DNA of 25,409 nt from a virus. Its lineage: Duplodnaviria > Caudoviricetes. Positions 16,601-24,427 of this stretch are shown piece after piece. The position numbers and the translations under genes are program-made. The stretch covers positions 1 to 25,409 of the IMG/VR virus record IMGVR_UViG_3300025432_000047; one strand, 5' to 3'. The notes beneath the pieces are model-generated. The model ran no database searches and was not told the DNA's origin. It saw only the letters and a list, made by a program, of their open reading frames with translations. How positions within the stretch are numbered: position 1 is the stretch's first letter; each line of letters begins with the position of its first letter.

Positions 16601-19156
16601 TATGGGGAACCAGGCACAATGATACAAACATGGGGCTCCGTTACGGGCGCGTGGCCGCATCTCGTTCCGGGAGATAATATCATAGAAGTTAAACAATCAC
16701 CAGCTACAACGGGCTCCGGCCCCATAAATGGCATATTTGAAGTTCAGTGGCGTGATCGTTTCTCTAGGGGACAGTTGGTTATTCCGCCAATAGTGCCCCC
16801 AATCGTTAATATATTGCCAACGGACGTTGTGATTAATGGTGAGGATGCCGCTACAGATGGGTCATTTATCTTTTATGGTCAACTGATTGATATAAATTTA
16901 AATCCCGTACGATCTGCCAAAGTAGTCCTTTACGCATCGACTAATGACATATCATGGAGTGTCGTAGAAACAACCACTACGGATGAGAGTGGGAATTACA
17001 CGTTTAATGCAACTGGTGTTTATGATAATCTCACTCATTGGGAAGTGCGGTACGGGGGTAGTCCGCTATACTTTAGCTCGACAAGTTTAAGAATAATCAC
17101 GCTTCCGAGAGCAAAACGGGTTAATACAGAGATTTCAATAACGGTTGATACTTCACAAGCTCCTGCCTACACGTTTAGCGGTACGGTTGTAGAATCGGCA
17201 CATTCGAGTATTGTTGTCAACAACATTCTGGATTTGGTTGCTCTCCAGATATTAGTCCCCTGGAGTACGTGGACGGACGTGCCTGGCCTCGCTCTTGGTA
17301 GCACAGATAATTCCGGCGATTATACTTTTACGTACAATATAGGCCCTGTATTGAGTAATACAGATCAGACGGGTTACAGGGCTAAGTTCTTAGGCAACCT
17401 AGAGTTCAATCCAAGCGTTACTCCAGAAGAGATTTCGGTTACTGCCGCCACTCAGCCAGTAGCATGGCAACCTGAACTTCCGGTTCCGATAACATACTTA
17501 ATAGGACTCGCACCGCAGGCAGTTAATGCAGGGGTGCTTAATTACTTCGCTGCGGTTGGCTATACAGGGGTAATCCTCGTCGCAGAGGCGAACGCGCTGA
17601 CGGCTAGAAAAACGTATGCCACAGAACTTGCTATAATCAATAGTTTTGGCATGAGTGCCGTATTAGATATTGAAATGGTAGCGAACTCCGGCGGGATTAC
17701 GTGGAAAGAAGTAGCTAATGATACTGAATGTTCCACGTTTTATTCATGGTTTGCAGAGCTTGCCGCTGCCGGATGGCCTACCGTCTCATCAGAACTTGGT
17801 GATACTGGATACCCATATTACTCAGATAACGCTCGACGTTATTTCTCAGGTTTTATAAATTACAATATCCCGTACGCTAGCACATGGTCAGTAGTTAGCG
17901 TAGCTGCGGCGGGGGGTCAAAATACGCTGCAAGTAAGTTCCGGTGCGGGTTTTGTTAATGGAATGTCAATCGCCGTTGGTCAAGGGGGAGCCGACAGTGA
18001 AAAGGCAGTTATAGTCTCTGGTGCTGGTGTAGCCGGAGCCTCAACGCTTGTATTATCTGCTGGCCTGCAACACGCCCACCCTATAGGTGATACGGTCATG
18101 GCATGGCCGTACTGGGATGTGGATGTTAATACATCAGAAAACCTTTTTGAGTTCTACTGGCACTCTGCGGTAGGTTATATTGAGATGGGAACAACGTATG
18201 CTACACAGATAGGCATACCGTGCGGCATCTTAGCGTACCCGTATATAGACCCGACAGGTGGCTTGGATGTGTTTGAGAACTCAGTAAACAACCAGACCCC
18301 TACCTATCAATCACTGCTAGATTGGTCGTACGCAAACGGCATTGGGCTTACTACCTTTACATTTTGGCTTGATCCAAACTTTGACCAAATACTCAACAAT
18401 GGCGCTGACCCCATATACCTGCTTTTGTTCTACCTGACCCAGGGGGCTGACTCGGTTGTAACAAACTTGCAGCAGACGTATCCGGCGGCAGGAACCGAAG
18501 CACTTACGAATATTACTATGCTTATGCCGGAGTTGACGCTTAACGTCATTGAGGAGGCTCCTGGAGTATTTGTATTCTCAGGAACACTTGCTGAACTTCT
18601 AAGTGGCAATCCAATCGCAGGAGCGGACATTTATATTCAAATATCAAGCAATGGAGGCATTACGTGGACGGATTTGTCGGTAGTGCCATCCGTTACTAAT
18701 GCTACCGGCACGTATGCAGGATGGACAGAAGAGTTTGCCGCAGGCACGTACAATATCAGGGTTCTCTCCGGCGGTTCGAGCACCTATCTAAACACCTATG
18801 CCCCGTACAGCCATTACGGTTTACAGCTCGTAGTGCCCCCAACAGGAACCACTATTACAGGGCTTACCTTAAACGCTTCGAGTGCTTCAGTGGCATTAAA
18901 CGCAACGGATACATTTACTGCCGTTCTTACGAGCGGTGCAACGGGACTCTCAGGCAAATATATTACCATCTACCACTACGATTCGTCAGGGACGTATAAC
19001 TACGATGTAACTGGTGAAACTGACCCCACAGGCACTATTATGTTCGTTGCAACGGAATCCATCTCTGATACGTTCCAATACTTCGCTTACTTCGCTGGCG
19101 ATGCGACGTACGCAGCCGCGACAAGCAATGAAGTCGATGTTACGGTAGGGGACTAA
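13619..19156 (+). CDS. Giant multidomain tail-tip protein: 3 beta repeats + beta-propeller + Dit domain + Ig-like repeats + TIM-barrel-like domain
   Basis: 1845 aa in the Dit position between TMP and Tal. Dit-like motifs TYWNGIDL, LILAEFPGSYW.A, NGDSLAYP.WTI, WPHLVPGDNIIEV and VQWRDRF lie at about 15947-16762. Confidence 0.8.
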   Translation: MTIQTYVGTFTSPLSTGQQAITGIPFQPTAVIIWTAASSSGWATADLFAMGFCAGTGSTSGITQGYVTCGSANGSSGSVGYRRYNTSAAIGLVGSTGTLYIEATLYSMDSGGFTLNWGTVSSGTQICNYMAIGGTTNAKVVGWQNNLGTVPFTQSVGVGFTPDCVIHIGASTSGGSPSNVSTGAVFATGAMDSAGNQWGECVYAQGAQATSNTGRVQLTSACLLNEPFAVNPTMVGSYSAMGANGFTINWTSMPSYQLEWISLCLEGGGEYQVGNWAKSTAAAPVSDTVSVSMFPMGVLLTTDSYTVSASGQTGLRTMVGASNSFDNGCAGVTDKHNVATTVADRFQYATASINVSNNDTETNEAVATVSAATSISPAIDSNQGIAFDGTYYYAFNTGSIYKYNSSWGYVASNTNVGTQAGVNHLGDGDYYNDGTHQRLYVVGMNSGTCSPPGWSDSRIAVFNASDLSFVEYIDISAQNFDAGGGCAVDTDDNVLWVTSWCGGGTIYKYKLSDMINGTATYLGSITPSPATSYSQGIAYYSGNLYFSYSTASFVGGGVTRMNTSGTNQLTVVPYFTFGEAEGLTVNATGIHLDIGSATTNIYTYPLTVSGSFTARWTTNNSVATQICFVAMGIPPNIAEAASVDGKLLADNSASIALDTSASVDGKLLADITPSIAFDISTSQECVVIPYISSATTGIIGGGIFTSVGVDGELLGDINASSILSTVTQPLDAIVIADIGVVVYFANNNILNTAVDGFIGGDVTATMEQTVVTGKGTGKTYWNGIDLTQAPYYAYLTSNTKYDWLDGITFIQVPTGQNTMANTSAYPSKLLLTLEYKLKPLANIGTLTGPSQTRQELQAAWNALTALTDPILQGQGQLILAEFPGSYWIAKRLQTAPNDEADYPAMADVQLEFAVTGMAYSVTESYAAESIASSYTTLTVTSNGDSLAYPLWTIHCGGNGYGGTITITNTTTGEAVSWTGWVKFGDMLGYIMDAEYGEPGTMIQTWGSVTGAWPHLVPGDNIIEVKQSPATTGSGPINGIFEVQWRDRFSRGQLVIPPIVPPIVNILPTDVVINGEDAATDGSFIFYGQLIDINLNPVRSAKVVLYASTNDISWSVVETTTTDESGNYTFNATGVYDNLTHWEVRYGGSPLYFSSTSLRIITLPRAKRVNTEISITVDTSQAPAYTFSGTVVESAHSSIVVNNILDLVALQILVPWSTWTDVPGLALGSTDNSGDYTFTYNIGPVLSNTDQTGYRAKFLGNLEFNPSVTPEEISVTAATQPVAWQPELPVPITYLIGLAPQAVNAGVLNYFAAVGYTGVILVAEANALTARKTYATELAIINSFGMSAVLDIEMVANSGGITWKEVANDTECSTFYSWFAELAAAGWPTVSSELGDTGYPYYSDNARRYFSGFINYNIPYASTWSVVSVAAAGGQNTLQVSSGAGFVNGMSIAVGQGGADSEKAVIVSGAGVAGASTLVLSAGLQHAHPIGDTVMAWPYWDVDVNTSENLFEFYWHSAVGYIEMGTTYATQIGIPCGILAYPYIDPTGGLDVFENSVNNQTPTYQSLLDWSYANGIGLTTFTFWLDPNFDQILNNGADPIYLLLFYLTQGADSVVTNLQQTYPAAGTEALTNITMLMPELTLNVIEEAPGVFVFSGTLAELLSGNPIAGADIYIQISSNGGITWTDLSVVPSVTNATGTYAGWTEEFAAGTYNIRVLSGGSSTYLNTYAPYSHYGLQLVVPPTGTTITGLTLNASSASVALNATDTFTAVLTSGATGLSGKYITIYHYDSSGTYNYDVTGETDPTGTIMFVATESISDTFQYFAYFAGDATYAAATSNEVDVTVGD
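15537..15910 (+). repeat. 60-bp (20-aa) coding tandem repeat with degenerate further copies
   Basis: cagcctcggttgacggtaagctcct(t/c)gcggaca at 15537 and 15597 (ASVDGKLLAD twice), then GVDGELLGD, PLDAIVIAD and AVDGFIGGD. Confidence 0.85.
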
Positions 19157-19162
19157 ATTTAA

Positions 19163-21556
19163 ATGGACTACGTACCCGACTATACATTTGAACTCAGGCA
19201 GCGGAACACTTCGGGGGGTTATGACTTAGTGCAACAACTGCCTGACCGCATGCAGCCATATCTCACTCGCCAACTGGGAACGGCGGATAACATCGCTTTT
19301 AACCTTCCGTTAGAAAGCCAAGCGGCGCAGTACATCATCAACACGCCATCAGACCTTGAAATCTGGTGGTACGGACGGGATATGAAACTCAAGCAGGTCT
19401 TTGTTATCGTTCAAAAGGAACGCTATAAAGACTACGGTGCTACGAGCATGACGGGCGGATCTGCTCGATTAGGAAGTGGCAGCGGTGCAAACCTCCTTAT
19501 TAGCTCAGACGGGCCTGAGCATTATTTGACCAGATACTATACGCAAGATTATTCTGTAACGCAACGATTAGTCTCTGATATTGTTGATGACCTTTGTGTT
19601 GAGTTATGGCATGACGGCTTAATATCTGCCGCCTACGTTGATCCATCGCTTGACCAGTTTATTGACATAGATGTGAGCAATGAAAACATATTCGCAGCCG
19701 TTGGCAACATTATAAACCAGCTCCCACCAAGCTATATGCAGGTCTTGTTTAACCCAAGCAACCCTACGGAGCGCACGTTATACCTACTGCCGATGCCTGA
19801 CAGTATCCCAACTCCTAAGGGCATAGGCACTACCTCAGCGGTTATACCACAAGCTAAACCGCAAATTACGAGCAAGAGCAAACCACTCACCCTTAAAACA
19901 CCCGTACGAGTGCGCTCTGGAAAGTTAAAAGATACTGTAGGTGCTACGCCTCCAGCGGTTATAAATAACGCTTTGGAGGCAAAGGAAAATGCTTCGACTC
20001 CGTTAATGAAGTTTGATAAGAACTTAACGGGCATAGACGTTCTTGAGGATACAAGCAGCGTTGTTACAAGAGTGTATTGCCGAGGTTCCGGCTCAAGTCC
20101 TAGCGAATTGAGCTTTAGTACGCCACCATTTTATCCTGCGGCACAGGAACTTACGCTTTTAAAAACAGATGGTGGGTATGCTTACTTTAGGCTTCCTTTA
20201 GTGAATGGCTTTGACTGTGCTATTTATGCAGGCTGGACAGGTGATGGCGAGGCGTTGCCGAGTAATATGGGCATCGGAATGAATAAATGGAACCCGTTTA
20301 GTACCTCTTATGACTCAAGCGCAACGACTAAGTTTTTTGTAGCGAACGATAAGACCGCAGCGGCGCAACTCTTCTATATGCCAGCACCGTTTCATGTCTA
20401 TTCTGCGTCGCTCCTCTTAAAGCGCGTCACCCCTCAAACTGTTACATGGCCTAAGATGCCGCTGTTTCAAGTGGGGTTATACACGGCCAGGGAGGCCCCC
20501 ACTACTACCGGCCTACAACAAGCAGGAGTTCCAACGCCTCAAAACGGGCCGTTAGAGTGGTGCTATGGTAACTTAATGAGTTTAACAACAACGCCGACAT
20601 GGTATGAGTTTCCGATGCAGGCAACAAAGTGGGGCCCTGGATGGTATGCGATTGTGCTACAACCATATTCTCCTACTGATTCTTGGAATAAAGTAAACCC
20701 TAAAACGTCCGCAAATGATTATTTACAATGGTGTAGCAGCTCTGACCAACCGACAGCTTCTAAGACCTTTGGAGAAGTAACCAATGGGGGAGTCAATCCT
20801 ACGGCGTGGTGGATGAATAAAACAAATCCGTATGATTGGCAAACGGCATTTAAACTCGCTGTATGGGACTATGACATGACCACAAAATTTATACAAGGGC
20901 CGGATGCGCGGACGGTAAAGACCAAAATAGCAAATTATCAGGCAGATAATGCGTGGTTTATTAACTATCAACACGGCCCTTATTTGATGGCGTGGGATGC
21001 CGAAGGGGAGTATAAAGCACCGTTCTATGGCACGTTTAAAGATGATTCGGTCATATCACAAAATTCGCTGTGGCTAGAAGGCGCTCAGTACTTATACGCG
21101 AACTCACAACCCACGATGACCACCAGCTTAGGGGCCGTTGACTTATACGAGATCGACCCGACGGTTAATTGGAATGATGAAATTACGATTGGCGGCACGA
21201 TCAGGGTAGTTGATCCTGATTTAAACTTTGATGAGGAGTTTATCGTAACCAAAATAAGTAAAATGGATATGACCAAACCGCATCAGTTTGATACGCTTGA
21301 GTTGAATAACATCCACATGACCGTTCAACAATACACCGCAATGTTAGCGGGTTCTGCGTCAAAAACACGGAAATATCAAAGCGGCCAAACGGTTGAGGCG
21401 ATTCATGCTGGTAATGGGGGGTTCTCATCAGGCTCTATGTATGAGGATTACTTTGAGATACGCAATGAAACTGACTTAGTACACTCAATAAAACTCTCGG
21501 CTTTTAGTGCTGTAGATGGGTTTTACGTCACTGTTGATGGAAACGCTGTATGGTAA
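19163..21556 (+). CDS. Tal / baseplate hub protein (Prophage_tail-like), apparently missing the end of its C-terminal domain
   Basis: Motifs KNLTGIDVLEDTSSVVTRVYCRG and AVDL.......ITIGGTIRVVDPDL......VTKISK; follows the Dit. Ends abruptly at VTVDGNAVW. Confidence 0.8.
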   Translation: MDYVPDYTFELRQRNTSGGYDLVQQLPDRMQPYLTRQLGTADNIAFNLPLESQAAQYIINTPSDLEIWWYGRDMKLKQVFVIVQKERYKDYGATSMTGGSARLGSGSGANLLISSDGPEHYLTRYYTQDYSVTQRLVSDIVDDLCVELWHDGLISAAYVDPSLDQFIDIDVSNENIFAAVGNIINQLPPSYMQVLFNPSNPTERTLYLLPMPDSIPTPKGIGTTSAVIPQAKPQITSKSKPLTLKTPVRVRSGKLKDTVGATPPAVINNALEAKENASTPLMKFDKNLTGIDVLEDTSSVVTRVYCRGSGSSPSELSFSTPPFYPAAQELTLLKTDGGYAYFRLPLVNGFDCAIYAGWTGDGEALPSNMGIGMNKWNPFSTSYDSSATTKFFVANDKTAAAQLFYMPAPFHVYSASLLLKRVTPQTVTWPKMPLFQVGLYTAREAPTTTGLQQAGVPTPQNGPLEWCYGNLMSLTTTPTWYEFPMQATKWGPGWYAIVLQPYSPTDSWNKVNPKTSANDYLQWCSSSDQPTASKTFGEVTNGGVNPTAWWMNKTNPYDWQTAFKLAVWDYDMTTKFIQGPDARTVKTKIANYQADNAWFINYQHGPYLMAWDAEGEYKAPFYGTFKDDSVISQNSLWLEGAQYLYANSQPTMTTSLGAVDLYEIDPTVNWNDEITIGGTIRVVDPDLNFDEEFIVTKISKMDMTKPHQFDTLELNNIHMTVQQYTAMLAGSASKTRKYQSGQTVEAIHAGNGGFSSGSMYEDYFEIRNETDLVHSIKLSAFSAVDGFYVTVDGNAVW

Positions 21557-21577
21557 GTTACTAGGAGAAAGATAAAA

Positions 21578-22570
21578 ATGCCAAAACTGCCAGGAGAAAC
21601 GCAAGGACACTTTGAGATGCGCGTATTCGGGCACAAGTTAGGCTGCGATGTGCAAAAGAGTATTGATGAGACTAATCGGCGGCTAGGAATTGGCGAGATC
21701 ACTGAATTTGTACCTACTGTCTCCTTAAAGCAACTCCGTGCTGCCGCCTCCGTTGACTTATCCAAGTATGACTCTCCGGTATCAGATCAAGACGGTATAG
21801 GCGACTGCTGTGCTGAGGCGAGTATTAATTGTTTTGAATGGCTACAAAAAAATATACAGGGTAGTTTTTTCGCTGGCTCCCGAATGGCTCAGTATTATTG
21901 GTGTCTAGTGCATGACGGATCGAATAGTAGCGGCTGCGCTGATACAGGCACAAACACCTCAACGGCAGATTGGGTTATGACAAATAACGGTGTAGCGCAC
22001 AGCTCCCTTTGGCCGTTTAGTGAAAATTGTAATACCGCCCCAACGTCTAACGTTGTATCAGATGCGGCAGAAAATAAACAAACGGCCTCGAATGTGGTTA
22101 GCGGTTCGACTAGCGGCGATGGCGCTACGACGGTGGCTAACTGTAAAGCAACGTTAGCTTCTGGTTCCGTGTTTTATGCTGCATTTGATTTTTGGGAGAA
22201 TTATTACGACGCAGAGACGAACGGCGGAAAATTCCCTGCGCCGAGCGGTAGCCCTGTTGGGGGGCATTGTATGGAGTTTTGCGGCTATGACGATGCTGGA
22301 TCAAACCTAGGCGGCTCAACAGGGTATTTTAAGTGTAAGAACAGTTGGGGAACCAGTACTGGTGATAATGGCTATTATTACATGCCATATAACATCGCTA
22401 CCGGAATCGACTCTGGTGGCTCTAACTCTCAAATAAGCGCCGCTTATGTTATTACCGGAGAAAGTGAGATAGTAACGCCAACACCACCAAGCCCAACGCC
22501 AACACCAACCGGCGGCACGCAGATAACATACACGATTAGGCCGCGAGAGTATCGAGGAGGGTACAGATAG
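21578..22570 (+). CDS. Papain-family (C1A) cysteine protease with PT linker and C-terminal tag
   Basis: SVDL...SPVSDQDGIGDCCA (Gln71, Cys77), GGHCMEFCGYDD (His230), KNSWGT..GDNGYYYMPY (Asn255). No signal peptide. AGGAG RBS. Confidence 0.9.
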   Translation: MPKLPGETQGHFEMRVFGHKLGCDVQKSIDETNRRLGIGEITEFVPTVSLKQLRAAASVDLSKYDSPVSDQDGIGDCCAEASINCFEWLQKNIQGSFFAGSRMAQYYWCLVHDGSNSSGCADTGTNTSTADWVMTNNGVAHSSLWPFSENCNTAPTSNVVSDAAENKQTASNVVSGSTSGDGATTVANCKATLASGSVFYAAFDFWENYYDAETNGGKFPAPSGSPVGGHCMEFCGYDDAGSNLGGSTGYFKCKNSWGTSTGDNGYYYMPYNIATGIDSGGSNSQISAAYVITGESEIVTPTPPSPTPTPTGGTQITYTIRPREYRGGYR

Positions 22571-24427
22571 TCGAATGGCAACACCGTATCTTTATTACAA
22601 GTTTGATAAGGACTCTACTACTGTCACCAATTATGGCAGCGGAGGCTCAGGATACAACGGGACTGCGACGAGGGCACAATATGCTACTGACTCTGCTGGT
22701 TATCCAGTATGGGGGCCCATGACTGACAATAACGATAGGATAACTGTACCAGGCGGTTGCAGTAACCCTTATCAGCATACGTGGGAGATTGGGTTAAACA
22801 TTAATCATTGGTGGCCTGGAAACGGCGATGATGGCGGCGTTGCACAAGGTAACGACGGTAAGCTATGGGCACTCGCAAACGACTTGTTTTATGGCTATTT
22901 TCACGGAGTTTGCGGCTTTGGAGCTAACTGCTCCGGCGGCGCTCTTGTAGGAACTAGTAACGTCTATAATTTCACTGTTGAAGCGCAGGGCAGTCCTAGC
23001 AGTCTCGATGTTGACCTTTGGCTCGGTGTAGGGGATAACAAACCCGTTCAGATCGGAAACGATGGGCTAGGAACAGACGATCCAGGGGCATTATACCTGG
23101 CGTTCAATTACAACTTTCAGTTAAACACAAATTATTATCTTCAGATTACAGTAGATTGCGATGGCGGCCCAGGAGGGAACGATTATTACATTAGTAACTG
23201 CGCCCCTGGCTGTGCTGACTCATCAGTGCAAGGTTTTCCAAGCGGCTGTTACTTCTACGTTTGGCGTGAATATAACTCAATAATAGACCTCTCTGGTGGC
23301 GGCGATTGGGCTACGGATGTCGTACTGTGGAAAGGCGGAACGCCGAGCCCAACACCAACCCCAACGCCGACACCAACGCCATCATCAGGCATACCGATAA
23401 CATACTCAATAATACCGAGAGAATATCAAGGTGGGTTTAGGTGAGATAGATAATGACAATGGTTTTTCAAATCTGTGCCACGTCATTTAGCAATCCGGCA
23501 GGAGCGAAGAGCGCCGGCTATATTGACTGTGTAGTCGAGGCGGGTTCTGGCTGTGTACAGCCCCCCGGTGGTTTTATAACCGCCTGTCACGGACAAGGCA
23601 TGGGTGCCCTCATGCAAAACAGTGATTCGGGCTCTGGTGGGTGCAGCGATACATCGTATCTTTCTGGACTGGCCAGTGCAGGATTAGACGCGGTAGGTGG
23701 TGAGTCTGAGGGCGGCGCTGAGATTGATGCTATTATGCAATATTTGCCGTTCATGAACTATGGTGGTGAAGGCACAGGTGGCACTACCGGCAACAACTGT
23801 GTATGGTCTTCCTGTGGTGGTAATGACGGCGCATCGGTCGGCAAGTATGGGTGCTCAACGTTTTTAGAGACGTATACTACCGACTCAATGCTCAGTGCTT
23901 CGGAAATAGGCCAAGAGGCCGGGATGAATTACGACGCAGGTTGCTTTGAGGTCGGAATACTTGTCGGATCATGGAGCTACGGTGATTATGGGGCCGGGGT
24001 AAGTACGTATCAAGAGATGGTTGATGAGATAGCATCTCAAAGTAAAAAACCGTGTGTCGGCTTCCAATGGTGGTATGTGGAAGGTGACGGCAGCGGTGCG
24101 CCTTCTAATGATTCTGGCGGCGTTATGGCAGGGCTAATGAGTGCCTACGGCAAGAACATGACGCCGATTTATGACCGTAAAAAAGGAGTAACCCCTACGC
24201 CACCAAGCCCAAGCCCAAGTCCTAGCCCAAGCCCTGTATTCCAGAAGGGCACGTACTTTCAAGGGTACATAAATCAAATTGATATAGCCCCTGCGCTCGC
24301 CGCCGCACATAACGGCCAACCTACGCGAGGGGTGCATGTTATTGACTTTTGGCCTGTAACAGGGAGCAGTTCTACCGTCGGCATAACATATACCGCCAGG
24401 CCGCGAGAACTCCAGAGCGGGTACAGA
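22523..24427 (+). repeat. Three dispersed copies of a 45-bp/15-aa C-terminal motif (starting at 22523, 23397 and 24383)
   Basis: ITYTIRPREYRGGYR, ITYSIIPREYQGGFR and ITYTARPRELQSGYR; 8 of 15 residues invariant, and all begin ATAACATA. Confidence 0.92.
22575..23444 (+). CDS. LamG/concanavalin-A-like jelly-roll protein with PT linker and C-terminal tag
   Basis: N-terminal LYYKFDK.STTVTNYGSGG..YNGT and C-terminal VWREYNSII resemble LamG-like domain ends. GAGGAGG upstream. Confidence 0.6.
   Translation: MATPYLYYKFDKDSTTVTNYGSGGSGYNGTATRAQYATDSAGYPVWGPMTDNNDRITVPGGCSNPYQHTWEIGLNINHWWPGNGDDGGVAQGNDGKLWALANDLFYGYFHGVCGFGANCSGGALVGTSNVYNFTVEAQGSPSSLDVDLWLGVGDNKPVQIGNDGLGTDDPGALYLAFNYNFQLNTNYYLQITVDCDGGPGGNDYYISNCAPGCADSSVQGFPSGCYFYVWREYNSIIDLSGGGDWATDVVLWKGGTPSPTPTPTPTPTPSSGIPITYSIIPREYQGGFR

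Noticed and set aside
13619-21556. Inteins as an explanation for the nested insertions
   Set aside because: I found no C/S...HN-C/S/T splice junction or LAGLIDADG motifs at the insertion boundaries.
22445-22530. Inverted 8-mer TATGTTAT / ATAACATA flanking the protease linker, suggesting an invertible segment
   Set aside because: Only 8 bp, which is expected by chance in 25 kb. No recombinase is present and all tag copies are in direct orientation, so this is not a shufflon.
21552-24244. GTAAGT right at the hub stop and TTCCAG at the resumption point look like spliceosomal donor and acceptor sites
   Set aside because: Splicing at these sites gives GTA TGA, an immediate stop. The context is a prokaryotic virus and the interval holds intact genes with RBSs.
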